A DNA stretch of 60,433 nucleotides, filler included, from Methanobacteriota archaeon (GTDB taxonomy: Archaea; JACRDV01): the NCBI GenBank assembly GCA_024860865.1. It is 9 parts of 9 records of this genome, joined end to end, with 100 filler letters (N's around TTAATTAATTAA, not from the genome) between each part and the next. Parts side by side here need not be neighbours in the genome. Positions count along the whole stretch, not along the records: positions 17,309 to 24,026 come from JACRDV010000005.1; positions 24,127 to 38,529 come from JACRDV010000046.1; 7 more parts are not named here. One strand, written 5' to 3'. Shown in pieces: positions 20,113 through 29,338 of this stretch. Every line of letters begins with the position of its first letter. Position 1 is the first letter of the stretch. A program made the position numbers and the translations under genes. Under the pieces are notes generated by a model. The model did not search any database and was not told the origin of the DNA. It saw nothing but the letters and a program-made list of their open reading frames with translations.

Positions 20113-21220
20113 TTCTACATCGATTTGGCAATCGAATATTTTTAATGCGATTTGGTTTTTGCTTAGCATAGCTTTTATCGCATTCTTTTATTTTTCTTAC
20201 CGCCGATCTATAGCAAATGTAGAGCAAAGAATTGTTGAACTTGAGAATATGGCAAATGAGGCTAAGAAGATCACCGTTCAAACAGCTAAAGATTTAGGCA
20301 AGCCTGAAAAAGACCCGACACAAACCATTAATGAAATAGCTGAACTTTTTGTTATCCCGCCGGTCAGCGCTGATCCTAGAGGCATTCTTAAAAAACTTGA
20401 TCACTTAATCGAAAGTGCAGAGCAGCGCTTTAAAGAAGTTGTTAAGATTGTTGCCCCAAATGCCGATTCTGAAGCGCAGGCAAATATAATAATGACTATG
20501 AAAGGCTCAATTGGTATCTATAATATTGCAAAATTTGCTAGGCATATGTGGGAGACCTTAAGGAAAGCCAGCACTATGCAAGCAGTTTTTTTCCTTCAAA
20601 CGATGTTGCCTCAATTTAGAAAAATTGCAAGCGGATATCTTGAAGGTACAAAGGCTCTTTCAGTTGGAAAACCACTTGGAGACAGCGTTGGTGCAATGAT
20701 TGCACTTCACTTGATCGGAAATGCTCCAACTAATGAAATTGTTGAAGAAACTGTTGCTGCAGAAAAGACGATTGAAAATCGAAGAGTTATTATTGTTAAG
20801 GCCAAAGGACCCGGAGGAAGAGTTGGAAGGCCCGGGGAGGCAGTAGAGAAAATTGTCAAACAAAATGGGAATATTGCTAGAATAGTTACTGTTGATGCTG
20901 CTATGAAACTTGAGGGAGAGAAAACTGGGACTATAGCTGAAGGAATTGGAGCTGCAATCGGTGATCCTGGCCCACAAAAAGCTAGAATCGAAAACATAGC
21001 AACTAAAAGGAAAATTCCTCTAGATGCAATAGCAATTAAAATTGGAATTGAGGAGGCAGTTATGCCGATGAAAAAAGAGATTATAGATGCAGTTAGGCCT
21101 ACGCTTGAAGTTGTTAAACGGGCGATTTGCCGAGCTCCAGAAGGGAGTACCGTTTTAATTGTTGGCGTTGGAAATACTGTTGGAGTAGGACAGCAAATGG
21201 CCCAGGCTGAGGAGAAGTAG
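20096..21220 (+). CDS. DUF1512-family protein with N-terminal membrane anchor
   Basis: GDSVG, VDAAMKLEGEKTG, VGVGNTVGVGQ. Confidence 0.8.
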   Translation: MGLFGDSTSIWQSNIFNAIWFLLSIAFIAFFYFSYRRSIANVEQRIVELENMANEAKKITVQTAKDLGKPEKDPTQTINEIAELFVIPPVSADPRGILKKLDHLIESAEQRFKEVVKIVAPNADSEAQANIIMTMKGSIGIYNIAKFARHMWETLRKASTMQAVFFLQTMLPQFRKIASGYLEGTKALSVGKPLGDSVGAMIALHLIGNAPTNEIVEETVAAEKTIENRRVIIVKAKGPGGRVGRPGEAVEKIVKQNGNIARIVTVDAAMKLEGEKTGTIAEGIGAAIGDPGPQKARIENIATKRKIPLDAIAIKIGIEEAVMPMKKEIIDAVRPTLEVVKRAICRAPEGSTVLIVGVGNTVGVGQQMAQAEEK

Positions 21221-21230
21221 CAATCCTAAT

Positions 21231-21887
21231 CTATTGTGCTCTTACAAATGCCTCTTGTTTTCTACTTTTAATTACCAGCAAAATTACTCCAGTCCAAAGG
21301 ATTATGTATACAGTCAAAATGTAAAAGAAATTCAGTACAGTCTGGCCGATTATATTTGAATATATCATTGAGGCAAAAATTCCAATTATAGTTAATGAAA
21401 CTAAAATAGCACTAGCAATGATTGAGATCGTAGAGTATTTTTTATCCAAAATATCGAACCGAACACTTGTACTTCTCGAGAAATCAGACAATGCACGTGC
21501 AATAACCTTTAGCATAAGAAGACCTTTATCCCAACGTTCTGATGTCTCCTCTTCAAGCGTTTTTGATTCTTCATCGAAGGTTCGCTTAAAACCTTTATAT
21601 TTTCCGGTTGCCCCTCCCCATTCTTCCTTGATATCCTGAACCTCTATTCTAGGGATAAGATGATCGATGTCCTCGGGTCGATATATTCTGATTCTACTGA
21701 TAAATGTCTTTAAAACGCTTTCATCAGCTTCAGCTTCGATTTTTACTGCGCCATCTTTCAGGTTCTTGATTATGCCTTCTACATTCATTTCAATAGCTAT
21801 TTTTTCTACTAGGTTGCGATATCCAACTGTTTGAACATCACCTATGACAGTTAAGACAACTCTCTTTTGAACCAAAGCTGATGCCAC
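21231..21887 (-). CDS. Acylphosphatase domain protein with C-terminal TM helices
   Basis: GDVQTVGYR...GIIKNLKDGAV; two hydrophobic segments at the C-terminus. Confidence 0.75.
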   Translation of the reverse strand: MASALVQKRVVLTVIGDVQTVGYRNLVEKIAIEMNVEGIIKNLKDGAVKIEAEADESVLKTFISRIRIYRPEDIDHLIPRIEVQDIKEEWGGATGKYKGFKRTFDEESKTLEEETSERWDKGLLMLKVIARALSDFSRSTSVRFDILDKKYSTISIIASAILVSLTIIGIFASMIYSNIIGQTVLNFFYILTVYIILWTGVILLVIKSRKQEAFVRAQ

Positions 21888-22062
21888 CTTGGCAGCATAA
21901 AATTAGAAAGAGATTGCAACTTGAACTATTAATAGATTATGATTATGGAAAGGCTTTTACACAAGAAGAATTAGAATTTCCAAACCATTAAACTATAAAT
22001 GATTGAACTCAATCAAAAAGAATAAAAAAGTGAAATCTATTTTATAGTTTGAGGATAAAATT

Positions 22063-23919
22063 TTGTCTTCCAAAATTGCTTTAGATTCACCGGGTACTCG
22101 CGTTCTATTATCAGGCAATGAAGCAATTGCCCGCGGAGCAGTAGAATCCGGCGTTCAAGTTGTGGCATCTTACCCTGGAACTCCAACTGCGGAAATTTTA
22201 GAAAATATTGCAAGTGTTGCTAAACAATTTGGAATCCACGCAGAATGGTCTGTTAATGAGAAAGTTGCATTTGAAGTTGCTGCTGGCGCTTCTTATTGTG
22301 GAGTGCGCTCTATAACATCGATGAAGCATGTAGGAGTTAATGTGGCTTCTGACACCTTAATGACATTGAATTACACAGGAGTAAAAGGCGGTTTTGTTTT
22401 AGTTTCTGGAGACGATCCTTATTGCCACAGTTCCCAAAATGAGCAAGACAATCGATTTTATGCGAGATTTGCTAAAATTTTCTGTTTAGAGCCAAGTTCT
22501 CCGCAAGAAGCAAAGGACATGATAATTGAAGCATTTGAAATCTCTGAAAAGCTCGCATTGCCCGTTATGTTGCGAACAGTCACTCGGACAAGCCATGCAA
22601 AATCTGATGTTATTCTCGGAGAATTACCAAAAGAAAAAAGGAAAGCTGAGTTTGTTAAAGATCCTAAAAATTTCGTTTGCATGCCAATTAATTCTCGACC
22701 TATGCACAAACGACTAAATCAAAAACTAATTGAAATGCAAAAGCTCTCTGAAAACTCAAAATTCAACCACGTAAAATTAGATGGTGACGAAAAAGTTGGA
22801 ATTATTGCATCAGGAGTTTCTTGGAATTATGTCCTCGATGCTTTAGAAATTTTAAAGCCAAAAGAAAAAGTAGCGCTGCTTAAAATTGGCATTGCGCATC
22901 CTTTGCCAGATTTATTGATTAAGAAGATATTAAACTCAGTTGAACTGGTATTAATTGTTGAGGAACTCGAGCCATTTGTTGAAGAGCATGTTAAAGGTCT
23001 GCTCTCAGAAACTAATCCTAAAGTTAAGATTCTAGGTAAATATTCCAATGATATACCTAGAGAAGGTGAATTATCGTTTAAGAAAATTTTACCCGGCGTA
23101 ACAGGATTATTTAGAATCGATTTTAAAATCAATGAAAATTTAACTAGGCAAGCTGGAGAGATTTTGCCTCCTAGGCCTGCAATTCTTTGTCCTGGTTGTC
23201 CTCACATGGGCACTTTTTATGCAATAAAAGAAGCAGCTCCGAATGGAATTTATCCGAGCGATATTGGTTGTTACGGTTTGGGATTTAATCCTCCGCTTAA
23301 AACCGTTGATACAATGCTTTGTATGGGATCAGGTGAGGGAATAGGTCAAGGGATTTACCAAGTTGGCGAAGGACATCCAGTTATTGTTACAATTGGCGAC
23401 TCTACTTTTTTACATGCTGGCATGCCGGCTTTGCTAAATTCCGTCTATAATAAAGCAAAATTAACCGTCGTTATAATGGATAATCGAATAACGGCAATGA
23501 CAGGCCATCAGCCTCACCCGGCAGTCGGAATAACAGCAACAGGTGAGAAAACAAAAAGTGTTAAACTTGAAGAAATTGCCAGAGCTTTGGGAGTAGATTT
23601 TGTTGAAGTAACTGACCCATTCAATATCAAATCTACAACTGAGATTATTAAAAAGGCTGTTGAATATCCCGGGACATCTGTTGTTATTTCCAGACGGATG
23701 TGTAGTCTACTAGCGAGAAGATTGGGCGTTAAAATGAAACCTTATCGAGTGGACCCGGAGATATGCACTTTTTGTTTGACATGCATAAATGGCCTCGGCT
23801 GTCCGGCTTTAGCTCCAAATGCTGAAGCTAGTAAGATGGAAATAGATTTGAGCTTATGTTGGGGATGCAGTTGTTGTGCGCAAGTTTGTCCCTATAATGC
23901 GATCTCAGAGGTTTCATAA
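22063..23919 (+). CDS. iorA: Indolepyruvate:ferredoxin oxidoreductase alpha subunit
   Basis: GNEAIARG, YPGTP, LCPGCPH, GDSTFLH, C-terminal 2x[4Fe-4S]. Confidence 0.95.
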   Translation: MSSKIALDSPGTRVLLSGNEAIARGAVESGVQVVASYPGTPTAEILENIASVAKQFGIHAEWSVNEKVAFEVAAGASYCGVRSITSMKHVGVNVASDTLMTLNYTGVKGGFVLVSGDDPYCHSSQNEQDNRFYARFAKIFCLEPSSPQEAKDMIIEAFEISEKLALPVMLRTVTRTSHAKSDVILGELPKEKRKAEFVKDPKNFVCMPINSRPMHKRLNQKLIEMQKLSENSKFNHVKLDGDEKVGIIASGVSWNYVLDALEILKPKEKVALLKIGIAHPLPDLLIKKILNSVELVLIVEELEPFVEEHVKGLLSETNPKVKILGKYSNDIPREGELSFKKILPGVTGLFRIDFKINENLTRQAGEILPPRPAILCPGCPHMGTFYAIKEAAPNGIYPSDIGCYGLGFNPPLKTVDTMLCMGSGEGIGQGIYQVGEGHPVIVTIGDSTFLHAGMPALLNSVYNKAKLTVVIMDNRITAMTGHQPHPAVGITATGEKTKSVKLEEIARALGVDFVEVTDPFNIKSTTEIIKKAVEYPGTSVVISRRMCSLLARRLGVKMKPYRVDPEICTFCLTCINGLGCPALAPNAEASKMEIDLSLCWGCSCCAQVCPYNAISEVS

Positions 23920-24026
23920 TGGAAGCTTTGAATGTAGTTATAAGCGGAATAGGAGGACAAGGTGTAGTGCTGGCTTCAGATATTCTTGCAGATGCTGCCA
24001 TTAAAAACGGCTTGAAAATAATAGGC
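23919..24026 (+). CDS. iorB: Indolepyruvate oxidoreductase beta subunit (5' part)
   Basis: MEALNVVISGIGGQGVVLASDIL coupled to the iorA stop. Confidence 0.9.
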
Positions 24027-24126
24027 NNNNNNNNNNNNNNNNNNNNNNNNNNNNNNNNNNNNNNNNNNNNTTAATTAATTAANNNNNNNNNNNNNNNNNN
24101 NNNNNNNNNNNNNNNNNNNNNNNNNN

Positions 24127-24339
24127 AAGGAGAACCGCATTATAATTACAAATGATAAGGATTTTGGAAGATTTGCTCTGATTCATAAACCTCCGGGAGT
24201 TATCTTACTAAGACTTAGTGATGAGAGAGCACAGACTAAGATAGCTATTATGAAGGAATTGATAGAAAAGTATGCGGACAGGTTTTATCGAAATATCTTG
24301 ATAGTTTCTGAAAGAAAAATTAGGATTAAACCCATTTAA
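24127..24339 (+). CDS. DUF5615 PIN-like protein (3' part)
   Basis: ENRIIITNDKDFG...PPGVILLRL. Confidence 0.8.
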   Translation, partial: KENRIIITNDKDFGRFALIHKPPGVILLRLSDERAQTKIAIMKELIEKYADRFYRNILIVSERKIRIKPI

Positions 24340-24472
24340 CTGAGAAAGTTGAATATTTTCAGCGGAAGAAAAGTTGCTTAAAGAAGCTAAACAAAGCAAT
24401 TGCTCAAAAAAAGCTAAAACAGCAAAATTGATATTTCTCTTTTAATAAAAAAATTTTCGGGCTGCTATTTAA

Positions 24473-25678
24473 ATGGAAAAAGCTCAGCCAAAACCAAATT
24501 ATGAGCGCTTCTATTTGCGCTGGAATCCTTTTACCGATCTTTCTAGCGAAAGCTTATTTTCTTTTGAAGAGATGCACATACGCCAATCAGTAGATGTCGA
24601 CATCGATCGAACTCTTTCTGAAGTTATTGATAGAAAGGACAGGCTTGCTTTAGCTATAGTTGGAAACCTTGGGATTGGAAAAACACAGAGATTGTTTAAG
24701 ATTAAAAACGCAATTGAAAAAGCAAAGGGGAAAGGAATTATAGTAAAAGTCGAATTAACTAATGTTGTTGAAGTTACTAAAATAATTTTTGACGAAGTTT
24801 GGAGATCTATCCAAGAGAAGCAATCTATTTTTACTAGAGCATTCAATGACCTTAAGTATGCCTTTGGATTAGATAAGAAGAGAAAGGCTGTCTTAGAATC
24901 GACCTTTGAAACATATTATCCTAAAATTTTTAGCGAATATTTGTCCAAGCTCTTATCGCGGTTTAAGCCGTCCGCATTATTACTAGATGAATTTGAAAAT
25001 GTTACATCTGCATATCATGAAGAGCAAAGATTATTTTACGAATTTATAAGAGAATTCTTGCATGTACTTCCGTATTCTTGTTTATTTGCTATTTCAATCA
25101 CACCAGCTGCCCTTGACAAAATTAAAAATGATTTCCCAAGTTTGCCAGCTCGATTTCATAGAGAATTAGTTATTGATAACTTGACTAATGAAGAAGCGCT
25201 TAGTTTGGTGGAAAAACGCCTAGCGCGCGAAAGAACTACATCGGCTGAAAATATTTATCCCTTTACTCCAAAAGCAATTGAATTTACAAATGCAATTGCA
25301 GATGGGAATCCTCGCAAATTAGTTCGAATATTAAGGGATGCTTTAGCAGCAGCAGCTCGGAATGAAAAAGTTTTAATAATTGATGAAGCATTTATTAGCC
25401 AATTCGTTGCTCAACCAAAAACTCTTGAAGAATTTCTATTAAGAGTACCAAGCAATTTGCGAGAAGAAGTGGAAGTTTTAATAACAAAATTTAACGGAGG
25501 CCCTACTACTCTTATTCAAATTGCAAAAGAAACTGATATATCCCCGACCGTTCAATACCAACGGTTAGAAGAACTTGTTAAATTGGGATTTTTAAGGCGC
25601 GATAAAGTGCATTATGAATTACCTCCAGAAATCAGAGGTTCTGTAACTAAACTCAAAACTGCAGGAGTGACTAAGTAG
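24473..25678 (+). CDS. P-loop AAA+ ATPase with C-terminal winged helix
   Basis: WNPF, GNLGIGKT, LLLDEFE, YPFT...GNPRKL, HTH-like tail. Confidence 0.8.
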   Translation: MEKAQPKPNYERFYLRWNPFTDLSSESLFSFEEMHIRQSVDVDIDRTLSEVIDRKDRLALAIVGNLGIGKTQRLFKIKNAIEKAKGKGIIVKVELTNVVEVTKIIFDEVWRSIQEKQSIFTRAFNDLKYAFGLDKKRKAVLESTFETYYPKIFSEYLSKLLSRFKPSALLLDEFENVTSAYHEEQRLFYEFIREFLHVLPYSCLFAISITPAALDKIKNDFPSLPARFHRELVIDNLTNEEALSLVEKRLARERTTSAENIYPFTPKAIEFTNAIADGNPRKLVRILRDALAAAARNEKVLIIDEAFISQFVAQPKTLEEFLLRVPSNLREEVEVLITKFNGGPTTLIQIAKETDISPTVQYQRLEELVKLGFLRRDKVHYELPPEIRGSVTKLKTAGVTK

Positions 25679-25775
25679 TTAATGCAAGTTCAAGATTTAA
25701 AATTTTGAAAATAAATTCTCTTTCAGTTGAACATGACGGGATTCTAAAGAAAACTAGTTTCGTTGGAGGCATACT

Positions 25776-26396
25776 GTGCTTCGTCCAAAGATTGCTATTG
25801 TAGATTATGGCGTTGGAAATCTTCGCAGCATTCATAAAGCCCTTGAAACTTTAGGGGCTATTCCAGAAATAACGAAAGATCGGAGAGTAATTCAAAGATC
25901 TGATGCTGTTGTTTTGCCTGGAGTTGGAGCATTTGGAGATGCTATAAGTGAGCTAGAAAAAATTTCTGGAGCTATTTATGGTGCAGTAGATGCAGGCATT
26001 CCTCTCCTTGGAGTTTGCTTGGGCATGCAACTTTTAATGAGCCAAAGCGAAGAAGATGGCCCGATTGAGGGATTAAATTTAATCTCTGGCGACGTCGTTA
26101 AGCTACCCAACACAGTCAAGATCCCACACATGGGTTGGAATTCCATTAAAATCAAACGGCCTAGTCCATTGATGAAAGGAGTTAAAGACGGAGATTTTGT
26201 CTACTTTGTCCACTCTTACTATGCCAATGTAAGAAATCCAAACACAGTTATTGCAACAACTGAATACGGCACCGAGTTTTCAGCTGTTATAAGTAAGGGA
26301 GATGTTTTTGGAACTCAGTTCCACCCAGAAAAAAGCGGTGATGTTGGACTTAGAATTCTTAGAAATTTTATAAGCATAGTTGTTCAATCCATTTGA
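25776..26396 (+). CDS. hisH: Imidazole glycerol phosphate synthase glutaminase subunit
   Basis: DYGVGNLRS, LPGVGAF, GVCLGMQ, YFVHSY, QFHPEKS. Confidence 0.96.
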   Translation: MLRPKIAIVDYGVGNLRSIHKALETLGAIPEITKDRRVIQRSDAVVLPGVGAFGDAISELEKISGAIYGAVDAGIPLLGVCLGMQLLMSQSEEDGPIEGLNLISGDVVKLPNTVKIPHMGWNSIKIKRPSPLMKGVKDGDFVYFVHSYYANVRNPNTVIATTEYGTEFSAVISKGDVFGTQFHPEKSGDVGLRILRNFISIVVQSI

Positions 26397-26461
26397 TAGT
26401 CAAAAAGTTTTATCTTGGGCCTTTAATAAAGACAAAGATTTAAATTTTTTTGCTTAACATT

Positions 26462-26511
26462 TTAACGGCGTTAACTTTATATACGTGGGTCCTTCTATTT
26501 AACAGCGTTAA
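26462..26511 (+). promoter_or_regulatory. Promoter with two palindromic operators flanking a TATA box
   Basis: TTAACGGCGTTAA 26462-74, TTTATATA 26476-83, TTAACAGCGTTAA 26499-511. Confidence 0.6.
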
Positions 26512-26632
26512 AAATTGATTGAATAATAGGTCATTTTGAGGCGACAAAAACGAGAAAAATTGAACCTATTGTTGGATTGTTTTCCCAGCATCTTTACACT
26601 TGCTATTTTGACTCGATCAAAAGGTGGTTAAA

Positions 26633-26731
26633 ATGAAAAGCGAAGAGGACTGGTTCAATTTCTTATTTGAGACTTTCGTGCTCGAGATGTCTTTCATCAA
26701 GAAAATTGACGACGTAGAGGAATGGAGCTGA
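26633..26731 (+). CDS. 32-aa acidic small protein
   Basis: AGGTGG RBS; MKSEEDWFNFLFETFVLEMSFIKKIDDVEEWS. Confidence 0.45.
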   Translation: MKSEEDWFNFLFETFVLEMSFIKKIDDVEEWS

Positions 26732-26741
26732 GAGTGATTGA

Positions 26742-26972
26742 ATGATCCTAAAACAGGAACTCTCTAAACCAGTCGTAGTTTTTAGGAGGTATTCAATTCT
26801 TGCGAGAAAGGTAGATTACTGGCAATTATTTAAAAAAATATCCTTGGCAACATTAAATCCGGATAAGGCTACTGACTCTGATTTGGTTTTTGTAGCCAAT
26901 ATTATTGAAAAGATGAAAGAATTGGATGAAAGAGAATATTTTGATAATGAAGAATTATTTATTGGAGGTTGA
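26742..26972 (+). CDS. Hypothetical 76-aa protein
   Basis: ORF with GAGTGA RBS-like element. Confidence 0.55.
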   Translation: MILKQELSKPVVVFRRYSILARKVDYWQLFKKISLATLNPDKATDSDLVFVANIIEKMKELDEREYFDNEELFIGG

Positions 26973-27331
26973 TAGCTAGTTTAGAATATTTTTTTTGGCC
27001 CAAATTTTCTTTTAAACTATTAGTGGTAGAAATTCTATGGCAAGAGTTATGCGTGATTTAGGTTTAATTTGCGTATAAGTATTTACGAATGAAAATTCAT
27101 TAACTTTTTTAGCAGCAATTTGGTTAAACTTTCTTTACATGATACTACTGAGGAAAAACTTCTTGTTTCGCCAATTTACATTAAAATTAACACTATTTTT
27201 CATTTGGATAATATTATTTAGCTTAGTGTTTTTGGCAATTTTTGTGTTAGTAGCGATTGCCTACTAAATTTGCTTTTATGAAAAATATAATTTTCATATC
27301 CGGGTTTAAAACTGCTTAAATAAATAGAGAT

Positions 27332-27610
27332 TTATTTTCTCGCATTTGCTTGGAGATATTTTAGAATTTTTTCTTTCTCTTTATCGGAAATCCAAACGGG
27401 ATCTTTGGATTGCATTCTATCTACAGTGGCCGGCCATTCACTTGCAGTGTGCCTTAAAGGAGATCTTAACTCATGACACCTGCTGCATTTTTCTTTGTAT
27501 AGCGCTTCTCCTTCTGTAACCGGGGGTGAGCTTACGCATCCTGCTATCAGAAATAAAATCATCACAATTATAACGGGAATTGCCCGCCCGATAGTTTCCC
27601 TTTTTAGCAT
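27332..27610 (-). CDS. Monoheme c-type cytochrome lipoprotein
   Basis: Signal peptide with IAGC lipobox, CSRCH heme motif, W..TVDRM distal Met. Confidence 0.85.
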   Translation of the reverse strand: MLKRETIGRAIPVIIVMILFLIAGCVSSPPVTEGEALYKEKCSRCHELRSPLRHTASEWPATVDRMQSKDPVWISDKEKEKILKYLQANARK

Positions 27611-27686
27611 ACTATTCCATTGCATAATAAGACTAGTATATAAAATCTTTTTTAAAATTGAAAAAGAGTCCAACCAAATCAATAAA

Positions 27687-28436
27687 TTAACTAACCTTTG
27701 CAGACTTAATTGCAGCAACAATCTTTTCAAGAGAAGATTCTACATTCAAGGTTCTTTCTATAAGAGTTCCAGTCACAATTATATCAGCTCCAGCCTTCAC
27801 TATCTCAGCTGCAACTTGTGGTGCTCGAATTCCGCCGCCAACTATTACTGGTATAGAAACAGATTTTTTTACAGCATGAACCATACTAACTGGAACAGCC
27901 TGATCTGCACCTGAGCCTGCCTCTAGATAAACAAATCTGAAACCAAAATATTGAGCGGCAAGTGAATAAGCAGCAGCTATTTCAGATTTATCCCTCGGAA
28001 TTAATTTTGCCTCACCAACCCAGCCTGCTGCTCCGCCTGGTTCAATGATCAAATACGCCATTGGAATTGGTTCAATTTTATATTTCTTAACCAATAGTGC
28101 TCCAAGAGCTTGAGCTCCAGTGATATAATACGGGTTCGTAGAATTCAACAAACTCATGAAAAAAATTGCATCAACTGAACTACAAACATCGCTTGCGTTG
28201 CTAGGAAATGCGATTAGCGGGAGTTTGACTTCCTTTTTAATTTCTTTTGCTGTTATATCAACTAATTGTCCGGCTCCGATTGAGCCACCTATCATAAGCG
28301 CATCAGTTTTTGCTTTCTCAGCCTGCTTTGCAATTTCAACTGCCTCATGAGGATCTTGTTTAGCTGGGTCAAGCAGAGTAAAATGGGCTACACCATCTCG
28401 TTTTAAAATAGAGTTGATATACTCTTCAACCTTCAA
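27687..28436 (-). CDS. Geranylgeranylglyceryl phosphate synthase
   Basis: HFTLLDP, MIGGS, YLEAGSGA, VGGGIR, VTGT. Confidence 0.95.
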   Translation of the reverse strand: MKVEEYINSILKRDGVAHFTLLDPAKQDPHEAVEIAKQAEKAKTDALMIGGSIGAGQLVDITAKEIKKEVKLPLIAFPSNASDVCSSVDAIFFMSLLNSTNPYYITGAQALGALLVKKYKIEPIPMAYLIIEPGGAAGWVGEAKLIPRDKSEIAAAYSLAAQYFGFRFVYLEAGSGADQAVPVSMVHAVKKSVSIPVIVGGGIRAPQVAAEIVKAGADIIVTGTLIERTLNVESSLEKIVAAIKSAKVS

Positions 28437-28564
28437 GTTTTTTCTTCCTCAATAATTAATGATCCTCTATATCCACAGTCCTCACACTCATAAATTTGAG
28501 CTGTGGTCCACCAAAGAGCATATTTGATTCTTGGGCTTCTGCATTTTGGACAAATTTTAACCAT
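28433..28564 (-). CDS. 43-aa Zn-ribbon protein
   Basis: MVKICPKCRS...YECEDCGYRG; stop overlaps the GGGPS start (TTGA). Confidence 0.75.
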   Translation of the reverse strand: MVKICPKCRSPRIKYALWWTTAQIYECEDCGYRGSLIIEEEKT

Positions 28565-28565
28565 G

Positions 28566-28712
28566 TTATGCCTTTAATTCTTTGCTTTTTGGTCTTAAAG
28601 CAGGATAACCACATTTTCTGCAACGAGTAGCTCCGACTGGATTTCTTGCTTTACATCGCATACAAATTTTTTTCAGTAATAAACGCTTCTCAGCTTCTGG
28701 AAAACGTGCCAT
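28566..28712 (-). CDS. rpl40e: 50S ribosomal protein L40e
   Basis: [42 protein letters not shown]. Confidence 0.96.
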   Translation of the reverse strand: MARFPEAEKRLLLKKICMRCKARNPVGATRCRKCGYPALRPKSKELKA

Positions 28713-28789
28713 GTTTTATCCCATGAAATAACTTCAGGTATCACAGCCTAGCAACAAACTGATTCTTAAACCTATTCTTTTTCACTGTG

Positions 28790-29308
28790 CTACAAAAATA
28801 ACTTTTGTGCTTTTATTATTTCTTCGCTATTTTTAGCCTCGCTGTACATTCTGAGCGGCTCTTTGTTCAAGGAAATGAAGTTTAAACCCCACTTAAACAA
28901 GGAGAGTAAACGCTCAGCATGTTCTTTAAAACCTAGTATATAAAGTGAAGCAGCGAAAGCTTCCACTGTTGATAGTTTGGTAGGGATACCATAGTTTACC
29001 GGATTTGCTGCAATGAGGTATGGCAAGGCCCTAGGTTCTCCCTTCATTCTAAATCTAAAAACTTCATCTGCTTTAATCCACGAGCAATCTATTGCTGTCA
29101 TCCCCTTTTTCAAGGCTGAAGACTTATCTCCTTGAGACAAAGCTTTTCCAGAAAAAGGATCTAAAATGATAGAACCTTCAGGCACTTGGGGTATCCGTCT
29201 AATGAGCTTTACCATATTGAATTTATTTAGTTTTAATGCTGTACATTTTTTTGGATCACATTGATTAAAATGCAAAACATAAAGTTTTACAATTCTTGGT
29301 TCCATCAA
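28790..29308 (-). CDS. tsr3: 16S rRNA aminocarboxypropyltransferase
   Basis: QCDPKKCT, DCSW, LPYLIAANPVNYG, LSTVEA. Confidence 0.95.
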   Translation of the reverse strand: MMEPRIVKLYVLHFNQCDPKKCTALKLNKFNMVKLIRRIPQVPEGSIILDPFSGKALSQGDKSSALKKGMTAIDCSWIKADEVFRFRMKGEPRALPYLIAANPVNYGIPTKLSTVEAFAASLYILGFKEHAERLLSLFKWGLNFISLNKEPLRMYSEAKNSEEIIKAQKLFL

Positions 29309-29338
29309 GCTTCGCTCATAAAAGTAGATAACGCTGAA

